IMG/VR virus record: IMGVR_UViG_3300037780_000050
Location: 1-64,000 of that record
Source of the DNA: a virus
Lineage: Duplodnaviria > Caudoviricetes
Length of the DNA stretch: 64,000 nucleotides
Direction: 5' to 3' (one strand)
Made by a program: the position numbers and the translations under genes
Notes under the pieces: generated by a model
Told to the model about the DNA's origin: nothing
Database searches by the model: none
The model's input: the letters and a program-made list of their open reading frames with translations, nothing else
Part shown: positions 27,801 through 37,214 of the stretch, piece after piece
How the letters are laid out: the number at the start of each line of letters is the position of its first letter
Position numbering within the stretch: position 1 is the first letter of the stretch

Positions 27801-30387
27801 CGGCACCGCTGAGATCGCCGCTGCGATGGCTGCGGGTGTTCCATCTATCGCTGCTCAGTCAGCACTGTGGGGTGCTGCTGCATCGAGCGGGGTGGCTTCG
27901 GCTCGTGCTTCCATCGAAGCAGACGTTGCCCGGATGCACGCAGCGCTCAGCCGTCCACTTCCTCGTCCGACCTTCTCCGGGTCTCCTGATGCCGTCGTTG
28001 CCCGAGGCGAGAATCGCTATGGCGGCATTCGCAACTACGGCGCCATGAGCTTCCGCCGAGGTGGCTCTCTCCCACCTCGCGGCCACACCCTCCCCCAGAA
28101 CGCCACCATCAAGCGGGGAGGTCCGCTCGTGCAGTGGGCCGAGCCCGGCACCGGAGGCGAAGCATTCATCCCGCTGGGCATGAACAACCGCAAGCGGTCC
28201 TTGGCGATCTGGAGACAGACTGGTCGGCTGCTTGGGGCGCTCAACTTCGCTCGTGGAGGGTTCTTCCGTCGGCGCGTCCCTGGCGAGGACATCGCCGAGG
28301 CTCCACCCGAGGACATCGATGACCACATCGATGGGGCAGGCAGCGACAACCCCTTCCAGCGTCCTGGCGGCTCCAGCGGAGGTGGCGGATCCAGCGGCGG
28401 CGGTGGGGCTTCGGGCATCGATGACGCTGCGGACGCCGCGGAGGACTTGGCTGATGCGATAGAGGAGGCGAAGCAGAACTGGCGGGACTTCCGCTTCGAG
28501 TCCAAGGGTACGGCTGGGCAGATCAAGCAGATCAACCGGGAGCTGGCCAACACGGTCCAGTTCACGGATGAGTGGATGTCGCTCATGGCGCAGCGGCAGC
28601 AGTTGTTCGACCAGATGCGGGGTGATATCGACAGCCAGGTCAACACCCTGAACGGGTTGCTGGACCAGGCTCAGGACATCCGCCAGTCCCGCCGAGACCG
28701 ACGCCAGCAGTTCCGTGACGACAGAGCTGATCTGGTCGAGCGTCGCAACGAGGACTTGGCTCGCATCGATGAGGATCTCGCCGACCGGCTCGTGGACATC
28801 GCCGAGCGGCGAGACGATGCGTTGGCTGATCTGGCAGAACGCCGAGCTGACCAGATCGAGAACGCCAACCGTCGGTTGGCCGATGCCCAGGAGAGCGCCG
28901 CCGAGCAGCGAGCAGACGCTCTGCTCAATTTGGAGGAGAACCTCGCCGATCAGCGGGCATCTCTTGCTGAGCGCACTTCCGACCAGCTTGCCGCCATCGA
29001 GGAGAACCTCCAGAATCAGATCGAGGGCCGAGCAGACGCGCTGGCGCGCTCGCTCGATCCCCTCCAGCGCTACGAGCAGGCGTGGGCCAACACCACCCAG
29101 TCGATTCTCGACAACTTCCGTGAGCAGAACGGCCAGTTCGACGCCACCTTGGCGGGGATCAACGCGCTGCGTGCGGCAGGGCTGTCCATGGAGGCCATCT
29201 CGCTGCTGGGGCTCGAAGACGGTCCTCAGGCACTCAGCCAGATCGAGGCGCTGCGCGGGGCCAGCGAAGCGGAGATCGCCGAGCTGAATGCCTTGGCCGC
29301 AGGTCGGGAGACCACCGCTCTCCAGATGGCCACCAACCTCAGCGATGATCTGTTCGCTGAGGCCGCGTCGTCACGAGAGCGTGCACTGGCCGAGGCGGCA
29401 GACGCAGAAGCTCGTCTGATCAGGGACTACCAGCGCAGCCTCGCCGACATCCAGCAGAATTACGACCGGGCGCTGCGTGATGCCAACCAGGCACACGCCG
29501 AGGCCATCGCCAACGCCGAGTCCAGCTACGCCGAGTCGGTCGCCGATGTCCACGAGAGCTACACCGAGTCGGTCGCAGACGCCACTGAGGCCGCGGCCGA
29601 GGCCCGGGCCGAGGTTCGTGAGCAGTTCCGAGAGAGTCTCGCTGATTTGCGAGAGGACTTCCTCTCGGACATGGACGAGCTACAGCAGCAGCTCGATTCG
29701 CTGGGCGAGGATCAGGGCCGGACGTGGGCGCAGGCCATCCGTCAGGGGCTGCGCTCTGGGATTCCCGGCATTGTGGCTCTGGCTCGTGAGATTCAACGGT
29801 CCATCAACCGGTTGGAGAATCTCGAAGCCGACAGTCCCACCATGCCCGGACAGAACAACCCCAATGCTCCCGACGCCGCACAAGATGCGGGGCGCCGCCC
29901 AGGCAACGTCGGCAACCACCCGACGGGGGCACAGGGCAACCCCAACCCCGATCTGCGGTACTACCGGACTCGGGCGGGCGACCGCGGGTTGCAGATTGCC
30001 GAGCGGTTCGGCATCGGACTGGAGCGCCTTCGCAATCTGAACCCCGACGTACGGTTCGGCCCCAACGGCCGGATCGCTCTGGACGAGGGGATCAGGTTGA
30101 CGGTGCCGAGGCTGCACAGCGGTGGTCTGGTGACCGGTGGGACCGGTCCCCAGAGCGAGTTGTTGGCGTTGCTCCAGAGCGGTGAGGGCGTGATGAGCCG
30201 GGACGCCCTTCGCGCTATTCGGAGCCAGGGCGGCATGGCCACCGCGCAGGACTACCGAGACGTGACCAGAGGCCAACGTCCGTTGTACGTGCAGGTCATC
30301 ACCCCGGACGGTCGGGTCATGTGGGAGTTCGTTCGTCCGTTCAGCGATGAGGACGAGATCATTCGAGGGGTGATGTCCGGTGGCTGA
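24874..30387 (+). CDS. tape measure protein with C-terminal LysM-like domain
   Basis: 1837 aa, Ala-rich; tape-measure N-terminal motif (YARVTPFD), WAEPGTGGEAFIPL, YYRTRAGD..IAERFG..L..LNP. Confidence 0.92.
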   Translation: MADQTAVFRAIADFSAIRKESAKAIGDLKALQAAAAGVNQQMATGTTAIGNSAAAIGAAGKSSRGAAAGYTAVGVAAGKAGKGASTASHGMEALNRSMTQATQRTTVFNSGLVGMIQTMGVLRSTAAGTAVTVGALTAAGAAVGIKFNASLEQARIGFKNIFDDAERARDVIDQIVSYARVTPFDTAGLITQVRQLTAAGFEMEEILVGSDEAATGLAVTIGNAAAAMGGGRDVADSMVQAITRIKATGRVTFEELRIFAERGVPAIEILQEKLGLTTKEVQRIGELGIEADVAISALTEGLDERFGGAMNEQARSALGLISTFLDNIQIGMGTAFEGLFEVFKGSLMAVTDLMTEINVLAVDVGFIEALAQKLPVIGPLVKSVTEFLSGLAEVVKSLAPVFEVFITAAAGGLTLLSGVLSKAAVGFQVFADLINSVNPNVLKFAASTLLLGKALGVAGPALTTFTAGLGYMVGGTGAVGASNALLRLSGVLAKLGPHGMVAAGAITAIGAAFLLAGRGGSKAEKAWKTASEKADILAGAAEHLETAMDGNSGSVDRNTDAWKKWLAETDEVREQLRGLDGTEVRQDELASIAANLVINGMSPEDAMLHVRALADAEFGRGFQIPFTVENLGSDGFLRDSLLGGLQQELNNIQVPDMDELLTPRESNLRIDAYNEAMAQLKDTATDIGPQIADLFQLDPAQGIEALIQAENAIRSMGLSSEDTAIIVDKLNDSFREQAGVASDGGNANSTYVDALSLVAQGADNLSEEQEALISVFNETLWVTGDVETALDAVRGAMVEQEAATDGAAGAIADYIDAMDEAATADRDSIAQQIEDTTKAFEEFVDPADTFMQLLDEVSDEGKLAAQQAAHDAGLSAEEWKRFPTEAGVGLKDWRIALENSLVHQRDWVDNLAAANEKFGPEVAAYFRDAGPEMAGALEQMVEDTTGESEKLADAIKEDAQLASSEFVGEFVDEMNTGTAEIAAAMAAGVPSIAAQSALWGAAASSGVASARASIEADVARMHAALSRPLPRPTFSGSPDAVVARGENRYGGIRNYGAMSFRRGGSLPPRGHTLPQNATIKRGGPLVQWAEPGTGGEAFIPLGMNNRKRSLAIWRQTGRLLGALNFARGGFFRRRVPGEDIAEAPPEDIDDHIDGAGSDNPFQRPGGSSGGGGSSGGGGASGIDDAADAAEDLADAIEEAKQNWRDFRFESKGTAGQIKQINRELANTVQFTDEWMSLMAQRQQLFDQMRGDIDSQVNTLNGLLDQAQDIRQSRRDRRQQFRDDRADLVERRNEDLARIDEDLADRLVDIAERRDDALADLAERRADQIENANRRLADAQESAAEQRADALLNLEENLADQRASLAERTSDQLAAIEENLQNQIEGRADALARSLDPLQRYEQAWANTTQSILDNFREQNGQFDATLAGINALRAAGLSMEAISLLGLEDGPQALSQIEALRGASEAEIAELNALAAGRETTALQMATNLSDDLFAEAASSRERALAEAADAEARLIRDYQRSLADIQQNYDRALRDANQAHAEAIANAESSYAESVADVHESYTESVADATEAAAEARAEVREQFRESLADLREDFLSDMDELQQQLDSLGEDQGRTWAQAIRQGLRSGIPGIVALAREIQRSINRLENLEADSPTMPGQNNPNAPDAAQDAGRRPGNVGNHPTGAQGNPNPDLRYYRTRAGDRGLQIAERFGIGLERLRNLNPDVRFGPNGRIALDEGIRLTVPRLHSGGLVTGGTGPQSELLALLQSGEGVMSRDALRAIRSQGGMATAQDYRDVTRGQRPLYVQVITPDGRVMWEFVRPFSDEDEIIRGVMSGG

Positions 30388-30790
30388 GACCCCCCGCATC
30401 GAGCGGTACACCGACGCCACATCCTTCGTGGAGCTACCAGGGTTCACCGTCAGGCGCCCCCAGATGACCCAGGAGGCTGCCTTCGTCCAGTACGAGGGTG
30501 ACACCCGCCCGCGGGTCTACACGGGCCAGCACACCGACGTTCTGTGGGAGCTGAGCGGGACCTTCTGGCGCACCGATACCGCGGCACTGACCACGCTGGT
30601 GTCGATACTGGACGGCGCGCACGCCAGTGCCGACCGCAGGCTCCGGCTCACCCCAGGCGGGTCTGTGCTCGATGGGATCTATCCGGTTCCGCTGGTCGTG
30701 GCGCTCGATGGTCCGTATTCGATGGACCAGACCCCCAAAGGGTCGGGGATCTGGGAAGTGTCGATGACGTTGCGAGAGGTGGTGGGTTGA
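30380..30790 (+). CDS. minor tail protein (distal tail-like)
   Basis: directly after the TMP. Confidence 0.65.
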   Translation: MAETPRIERYTDATSFVELPGFTVRRPQMTQEAAFVQYEGDTRPRVYTGQHTDVLWELSGTFWRTDTAALTTLVSILDGAHASADRRLRLTPGGSVLDGIYPVPLVVALDGPYSMDQTPKGSGIWEVSMTLREVVG

Positions 30791-31017
30791 TGCAGGCAAA
30801 GCTGGGAGGCCCCCGCAGCACGCTGACCGAGGCTGAGGTCGATGAGGTGCTGAGTCACAGCTACGGCGCTCGCATCCGTTGGGGGTTGGTGGTGGAGGAT
30901 GCCGCAGGCAACCCTCGCGGTCCGGTGGTTCTGCACGAGAGCACGGATGAGGACTGGAACGCAGGCACGCTGGATGCTGGTCTGGTCGTGCAGAATGGAA
31001 CGGTGACAGGATCATGA
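30790..31017 (+). CDS. short protein resembling the N-terminus of a baseplate hub
   Basis: MQAKLGG...EVDEVLSHSYGARIRW; TGATG coupling. Confidence 0.6.
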   Translation: MQAKLGGPRSTLTEAEVDEVLSHSYGARIRWGLVVEDAAGNPRGPVVLHESTDEDWNAGTLDAGLVVQNGTVTGS

Positions 31018-31415
31018 GCAACAGCACAGCTCTGGCCGATGGGGTGCTCGACTACGTGGTGGGCAGAAGTGGTCTGCTGGGAGGCGACGCCAGCCGCACC
31101 ATCCGAGCGTGGACAGTCATGCCCAACGCAGCGGGGACAGGCGGAACCGAGGTCAGTGGCGGCAGCTACGCCGCGCTCACCCTCAGCCGCACCAACCACT
31201 TCAATTCAGATGCTTCGTCTGGCTCGATCTCCAACACCGGCAACATCGACTTCGCCGAGGCGACAGCTTCGTGGGGCACGGTGGTGGGAGTGACCATCCA
31301 TGTCACGTCGGGCAACGCTCTTTTGCGTATCTGTCGGTTCGCCACTCCGGTGACCGTTGCCAGTGGACAGACGCTTCGCATCCCCACAGGCAACCTCACT
31401 CTCACTCAGGCGTAG
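31014..31415 (+). CDS. minor tail/structural protein, paralogue of 19239-19823
   Basis: TEVSGGSYA..IDFAEATASWGTV..TVASGQTLRIP pattern common in actinophage tail genes. Confidence 0.75.
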   Translation: MSNSTALADGVLDYVVGRSGLLGGDASRTIRAWTVMPNAAGTGGTEVSGGSYAALTLSRTNHFNSDASSGSISNTGNIDFAEATASWGTVVGVTIHVTSGNALLRICRFATPVTVASGQTLRIPTGNLTLTQA

Positions 31416-31418
31416 CCC

Positions 31419-34400
31419 ATGGCTGACATCCTGCTCATCGGCGCTTCGGTGGTTTCGGGCGGGGCCTTCGGCACCACCGCTGAGGAGGACTCTGCCCTGG
31501 CCCTGGAGGGCCGGGGCCACACCGTCACCCGAGTCCAAGCCTCGACTCTGACGACGCAGCCTGCGGCTTCGTCCTATGACGTGGCCATCCACATGGACGG
31601 GACGCCCGGGGCCGACGAGGTGCTGCGGGCCACCGACGCCGGGGCCTGCGGGCTGATCGCCTGCAACACCTACTACTGGGCCAACGCCTATGGGCACACG
31701 GCCTTGGCCACCGGCCCCACCGGGACCGGCAACTCCGATGCCGACTGGGAGATCCTCGACACCACCGAGATCTCATGGACTGCTGGGTATGCAGTCAACG
31801 ACACGGTGGCGGTGTGGCCCTTCGACGTCTATCAGGAGGCCGTGCAGGGCGTGGTGTCGGGCTCGACCCCGGTCATCGCCACGGTCTCGCCGGGCAACAA
31901 CACCTGCGTGCTCGTCCCTGCCGGGGTCACCAACCTGGCGTCGGCCACGACGTCGGCGAACGTGGCCCTGTTCAACATTTGGGCCGACATCTGGCGGCTG
32001 AACTCGGCCGGTCTCCAGATCCTCGATGACGTCATCGACTGGGCCATCGGCGTCAACAGCTACGCCGAAACTCCAGCGTTCACTGCCAGTGCCGCCATGA
32101 CGGTGACGGACGCGCAGGGCCGCTTCGATGCACCCGCTTTCACAGCCAGCGCTGAGATGACCGTCACTTCGGTCTTTGGTCAGGTGGAGTCTGTTGACTT
32201 CACCGCCAGCGCTGCTCTCACTGTGGAGAGTGTTCACGCCCCACCAGGCGTTGATCCCAGTCTGCTTCTCGGGTGGTGGGACGCGTCGACCCTGGCTGCC
32301 GGGGCGCAGCCCTGGGACGACATCTCCGGGGCCGGGGGAGCGCTTACCGCATGGGGCACTCCAGCGGTCATCGAGAATGCCCGCGGTGCCTTGTCGGCGT
32401 TCAACTACGACATCGCCGACACCGAGTACCACTCCTACGTCTTGTCAGGGGCGGTGGGGCAGGCCATGACCTACGCGGTTGCGTTCCGGGCCGACTCGGT
32501 GGCTGAAACCGCAGTCAACCTCGGGAACGGCTCGCCGCTGGTTGACCGCTCAGCGTGGTCCGGGTTCTCGCTCCACCAGACCGGCGGCATCGTCTACGCC
32601 ACGGCGTTCGCGTACGACACCGCCTACCGGTACTCGTCGCCGGTCGAGCTGACCCTCGGCCAGTGGCATGTTGCGATCTTGACCCTGGATGCCGGGGCCA
32701 GCACGCTGACGTTCGCCGTCGATGGCGGCACTCCGGTACAGATCACGGGTCTCACTGGCGAAACCGACCGGACAGGCGTCTTCATCGGCTCCGGCTTCAC
32801 CAACTACTTCGATGGCGGCGTCGGCGAGGTAGTCATTTCTGAGGAAGAAGTAAGCGGTGCTTCCTTGGATCTTCTTACCACCTACTTGACCAGTCGGTGG
32901 TTGGAGAACTTCGAGGAGTTTCCTGGCTTCGATGTCGGCGTCGATGTCAGTGTCGAGGATCTTCAAGGGTGGGTTTCAGCCCCCGAGTTCAGCGCTGATG
33001 TAGCTCTCACCGTCGATGATTTGCTGTCGATCACCGAGGCTCCCTCTTTCACTGTTGACGTGGCCTTCACCGCCACAGTCGGGACTCTCGTCAGTCTCTC
33101 TCGTCTGACTCCCGAGATCGACATCAGCCAAGCTGATACCGGCTACTCGCTGGTGTCGTGGTCTGCTGTGACCCCACCAGAGACGTTCCTGACCGTGGAG
33201 GTCACATACGATGGGGGGTCGAATTGGTACGAGTGCTCCAACGGGGGTGCACTCCCCAACCTGCCAGGAAGCCTCAGTGGGGTCACGGCTCAGTTCCGTC
33301 AGACTCTTTCACAGCTCGACACCACATCGGAGTGGCCGACTCTCAACGACTTTCGAGTAGAGGTCGGATCCCCCATCAGGTTGGACAACGGCAGCATCAG
33401 CTACAGCTTCTCCAAGCCCCAGCCCGGGGCAACTGACCAGTCCTCGGTGAAGCGCACCGCATCGTTGATCGTCGCTGATCCGCTCCCTGACTATGCCGAC
33501 CCGGGCGTAGCCATCTTCAAGCCCTACGTGGAGATGCAGGCAGCCAGCACTGGCAACTGGGTCCGGTTCTATCTCGGGGAGTTCGAGTCGCTCGCCCCAC
33601 CCAAGACCGATGACGGGACGCGCATCACCCTCAACCTTCGGCTGGCCAGCAGAGAACAGAAGCTGGCCCGAGCAGACACCACCGACTACGTGGTGGCTCC
33701 GGTCAACCGCAACATCGTGCTGTTCGTCCGCGAGGACGTGCTCGTGGACGAGTTCGGAGAGACCGACTTCGACTTCCCGACCACCACCGACACCATCCCC
33801 GACGACATCGTGTTCCCCCCAGGTACTTCGTGGCTGGAGGTGGTCAACACGGCGTTGGAGAGCGTTGGGTGGTCCAATCTGGTCGTCAACGGCGATGGCC
33901 AGTGGACCGCAGCTCCCGCCACAGTCACCAAGACTCCTGAGTGGGTGTATCCCACCGCCACCCCCGTGGTGCGCGCATCGTCCATCGAGCCCTTCACCGG
34001 GGACATCCCCAACGTCGTGGTGGTGCGTGCCCGACGCGGCCCCAGCCTGCCGGTGGAGGGCAACGGCCAGATCACCCTCAGGAATCTGGCTACCGGGCCG
34101 TTCTCCATCGCTGGGCGAGGTGGGCTGGAGGTCACCGAGGAGTTGACGGTGGAGGCTGCCGATCAGGAGGCGCTGGAGCGCATCGGTATCGCCCGGGCAG
34201 AGGCCATGTTCCGAGGGGGAGGCGATCGGCTCCAGCTCACCGCGGGGCTCAACCCTCTCCACGACGAGCAGGACAGCGTGCTGGTGACCAAGGAGCGCTT
34301 CGGGATCACCGACGCGCGGTTCTGGGTGACAGGTTGGGCGATCAATCTTGGGCGGGTGGAGAGCATGGCCACCATGGAGTTGACTTTGGAGCGGCAGGTG

Positions 34401-34565
34401 GCCAATGCAGAGTCGTCGGCTCAAGTCTCGTCTGGTGGGGCGGCAACATCGATCGCGACGGCTGAGGCGGTTGTGGTGGTACCGACGTATGCAGAGTCTC
34501 CAGACGATACCTATGCATGTTCAGCGACATCTCATGCTCAGGGGCTGGTGTTCGATGCTTCGTGA
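31419..34565 (+). CDS. multidomain tail protein: N-terminal alpha/beta domain, LamG/ConA-like domain, baseplate hub-like C-terminus
   Basis: LLGWWDAS..QWHVAIL..GEVVI..YLTSRW; F.ASA.MTV repeats; KRTASL..YLGEF..NVVVV hub pattern. Confidence 0.7.
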   Translation: MADILLIGASVVSGGAFGTTAEEDSALALEGRGHTVTRVQASTLTTQPAASSYDVAIHMDGTPGADEVLRATDAGACGLIACNTYYWANAYGHTALATGPTGTGNSDADWEILDTTEISWTAGYAVNDTVAVWPFDVYQEAVQGVVSGSTPVIATVSPGNNTCVLVPAGVTNLASATTSANVALFNIWADIWRLNSAGLQILDDVIDWAIGVNSYAETPAFTASAAMTVTDAQGRFDAPAFTASAEMTVTSVFGQVESVDFTASAALTVESVHAPPGVDPSLLLGWWDASTLAAGAQPWDDISGAGGALTAWGTPAVIENARGALSAFNYDIADTEYHSYVLSGAVGQAMTYAVAFRADSVAETAVNLGNGSPLVDRSAWSGFSLHQTGGIVYATAFAYDTAYRYSSPVELTLGQWHVAILTLDAGASTLTFAVDGGTPVQITGLTGETDRTGVFIGSGFTNYFDGGVGEVVISEEEVSGASLDLLTTYLTSRWLENFEEFPGFDVGVDVSVEDLQGWVSAPEFSADVALTVDDLLSITEAPSFTVDVAFTATVGTLVSLSRLTPEIDISQADTGYSLVSWSAVTPPETFLTVEVTYDGGSNWYECSNGGALPNLPGSLSGVTAQFRQTLSQLDTTSEWPTLNDFRVEVGSPIRLDNGSISYSFSKPQPGATDQSSVKRTASLIVADPLPDYADPGVAIFKPYVEMQAASTGNWVRFYLGEFESLAPPKTDDGTRITLNLRLASREQKLARADTTDYVVAPVNRNIVLFVREDVLVDEFGETDFDFPTTTDTIPDDIVFPPGTSWLEVVNTALESVGWSNLVVNGDGQWTAAPATVTKTPEWVYPTATPVVRASSIEPFTGDIPNVVVVRARRGPSLPVEGNGQITLRNLATGPFSIAGRGGLEVTEELTVEAADQEALERIGIARAEAMFRGGGDRLQLTAGLNPLHDEQDSVLVTKERFGITDARFWVTGWAINLGRVESMATMELTLERQVANAESSAQVSSGGAATSIATAEAVVVVPTYAESPDDTYACSATSHAQGLVFDAS

Positions 34566-34577
34566 GAGGAGGGTGAC

Positions 34578-36554
34578 GTGCCCCCGGTAGCAGTAGGAAC
34601 GAGGCTCAGCCTCGCGCAAGTGGTCTCGTCTGATCCCGTGACGGTTCGCCCCTACGGGTCGGTGGTGGAGATGTCCGTCTACGAGAACTTCGCGGGCGCG
34701 CTCACCATCGGGCAGCAGGTGCTCACGGGCTTCGATGAGTCAGGGCGTTTGGTCGTGTTCGCTCAGACGACCAACCCCGACTACATCCCCAACACAGCCG
34801 GAGCGATCAGCACGTACAACATCGCCGACGCCGCCATCACCAGGGACCACATCCTTGAGAATGCCATCGACCGCACGCGCATCGCTCAGGGTGAGGTAAC
34901 GGCCGCGCTCATCGCCGTCGATGCCATCGATGCGACCCACATCAGTCCCGAGGCCATCACCGCCCCGGCCATCGCAGCCAACGCCATCGTGGGATACCAC
35001 ATCGTGGCGAACAGCATCAGCGCCAGCCACATCTCTGCCTACAGCATCACCGCTGAGGAGATCGCAGCCAACACCATCACCGCTGACCGCATCCTGTCGC
35101 GCACCATCACTGCCGACCGCATCGGTGTCGGCGAGATCACTGCCACGGAGATCGCAGCCAACACCATCACGGCTGCCGAGATCGAGGCTGGGAGTCTCAC
35201 CAGCGCCAGTGGCGTGTTCGGTGACATCAGCGCCGATGACATCACCACCGGCAGCCTGAGCGCCGACAGGATCAGCGGCGGCACCATCTCGGCAGAGACG
35301 ATCATTCTCGCCGGTTCGACGCTCAGCTCCCTCAACTACGACGGCAACTTTGACGGTGCTTCTGGTTGGAGCTTTCAGGGCGGGACCGCAGTGCTCAACG
35401 ACGTGATCATCCGCGGCACCCTCAGTGGTGTCGACGGTACTTTCTCCGGCAATCTCAGTGGTGGCACGATCGACATAGGCGGATCGGACACTTCATCGTT
35501 TCATGTAGATGATGCGGGCAATATGTGGTTGGGAGCTGCGACTTACGCTGCGGCAGAGTCTACATTTAGGGTATCTAGTTCTGGCGATGCCCAGTGCGCT
35601 ACTTTAAGGGTCGGTGAGTGGGGGCGGGTTTCGGTTTTCAACACGAATAGCATGAGGGTAGGCGCCACAGGAACTGGGGCTGCTCGTGGTGCCTTGGAGT
35701 TACTCGGATACGACGGGATATCGATTCTTTCCGATGTTGCTCCAGTAAGGATTACTGCTGGTGGGTCAATTCAGGTCAGTCAGTTGTTGGGGCACATAGG
35801 TCAGTCAATTCACATCGACTTTAGGGACTCACTGGGGACTCGTTTGGGGTACATCGGCTACCCAGGCAACGACGACATTTGGGTCCGCAACGAAGCGTCC
35901 TCAGGGCTGGTCTACATCGCCACGAACAGCGAGGCGCGGATCACCGTCAGCCCTTCTGGAACCGTCACCATTGGTAGCACGACCTCGCCGACGGAATCCC
36001 AGTTCCGGGTCTACGCAGATTGGCCGTCGACCAATGCGGCGATCATCTGGAACCAGGCAGGGACCTTCACCGACTCCCCCAAGGGGCTCGACATCTACCT
36101 GGGGGCCTCCGGTGCGGTGAACGACCCCCAGAACGACGACGATTTCATCCGGTTCCGCCGGGGCGACGGCTCCGTGGTGGGCCAGATCGACGGCGACGGC
36201 GCGGGCGGCGTTCGCTACCACCCCAATTCGGACCGGAAGTTGAAGACCAAGATCACCAAGGATCTGAGCGAGGCCGTGGACGCCTTCGACCAGATCCCTT
36301 GGCGGTCCTTCGTGTGGAAGGCCACTGACCAACCTGCCGCAGGCGTCATCGCGCAGGAACTCCACAAGGTCCCGCGGTGGGCCTACACAGTCTCCGTCGG
36401 CGGGAAGTTCAAGGAGCCGGATCCCGATACCGGGAAGATGCGGACCTACTACAAGAACTGGGGCGTGGATCACGTCCCGTTCATCGGCGTCATCGCCGCC
36501 AAAGTACGATCTCTCGAAGCCCGAATCGAGCAGCTCGAAGCTGCTGCTCGCTGA
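34578..36554 (+). CDS. tail fibre/spike with I-T-A repeats and C-terminal S74-type intramolecular chaperone
   Basis: IAANTITA 10-aa repeats; SDRKLKT..GVIAQEL..LEARIEQLE. Confidence 0.88.
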   Translation: MPPVAVGTRLSLAQVVSSDPVTVRPYGSVVEMSVYENFAGALTIGQQVLTGFDESGRLVVFAQTTNPDYIPNTAGAISTYNIADAAITRDHILENAIDRTRIAQGEVTAALIAVDAIDATHISPEAITAPAIAANAIVGYHIVANSISASHISAYSITAEEIAANTITADRILSRTITADRIGVGEITATEIAANTITAAEIEAGSLTSASGVFGDISADDITTGSLSADRISGGTISAETIILAGSTLSSLNYDGNFDGASGWSFQGGTAVLNDVIIRGTLSGVDGTFSGNLSGGTIDIGGSDTSSFHVDDAGNMWLGAATYAAAESTFRVSSSGDAQCATLRVGEWGRVSVFNTNSMRVGATGTGAARGALELLGYDGISILSDVAPVRITAGGSIQVSQLLGHIGQSIHIDFRDSLGTRLGYIGYPGNDDIWVRNEASSGLVYIATNSEARITVSPSGTVTIGSTTSPTESQFRVYADWPSTNAAIIWNQAGTFTDSPKGLDIYLGASGAVNDPQNDDDFIRFRRGDGSVVGQIDGDGAGGVRYHPNSDRKLKTKITKDLSEAVDAFDQIPWRSFVWKATDQPAAGVIAQELHKVPRWAYTVSVGGKFKEPDPDTGKMRTYYKNWGVDHVPFIGVIAAKVRSLEARIEQLEAAAR

Positions 36555-36571
36555 CCAGTTAGGAATCATCT

Positions 36572-36772
36572 GTGACCGATGCATCAGAAGACCAGACCGA
36601 TACTGGCCCAGTCCAGCTCAACATCGAGGATGTGCTTGCTGAGTTGCAAGATCAGGTCCAGCGGTTGACGAGTGAGCTGACCGTGGCCAACTCCAGAATT
36701 CGGGGACTGTTGCGTGAGAATGAACAACTCAAGACCAAGCCCCGACCGAAAAGGACCAGCCCCAAGAGTTGA
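36572..36772 (+). CDS. small coiled-coil protein
   Basis: AGGA RBS, heptad pattern. Confidence 0.7.
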   Translation: MTDASEDQTDTGPVQLNIEDVLAELQDQVQRLTSELTVANSRIRGLLRENEQLKTKPRPKRTSPKS

Positions 36773-37214
36773 GGATGAGGTCTTCGGCTCCGAGCGCTAC
36801 ACCCATGTGCCCCATCCCCTCACCAGGGGGATGCGGCGCCTGCTGGGTTGGATCGCCTTCTCCAGCCTGACCAACGTGGTGGTGTTCACTGTCTCCCCGC
36901 GGGACTCGGTGGCTGCCTATGAGTGGGCGCTCGACCTGCTGCCGATCTACACCTTCGAGATCCTGTGGATCACCGTGGCCATCGGGGCCATCTTGATCCT
37001 CACCGACCACATCAACCCGGCCGTGAGGTTCTTCGTGCTCGCCGCCTACGGGGTGATCCAGCTCGTCTTCGCTGTGGCCCTACTGCGCCTGGCGTGGTCC
37101 CAGGGTGGGGAGACCGCCGTGGTCGGCGCTCTCCAGTGGATCGGCTACGCCTACTTCTCCGCGATGTCGGTGGTGGATTGGCCCCCTCGGCCGATGAAGC
37201 AGGCGGTGAAGTGA
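36714..37214 (+). CDS. multi-pass membrane protein in the lysis region (true start probably ~36831)
   Basis: four hydrophobic segments. Confidence 0.7.
   Translation: MRMNNSRPSPDRKGPAPRVEDEVFGSERYTHVPHPLTRGMRRLLGWIAFSSLTNVVVFTVSPRDSVAAYEWALDLLPIYTFEILWITVAIGAILILTDHINPAVRFFVLAAYGVIQLVFAVALLRLAWSQGGETAVVGALQWIGYAYFSAMSVVDWPPRPMKQAVK

Noticed and set aside
34578-36554. Diversity-generating retroelement target
   Set aside because: No template repeat or reverse transcriptase in the window
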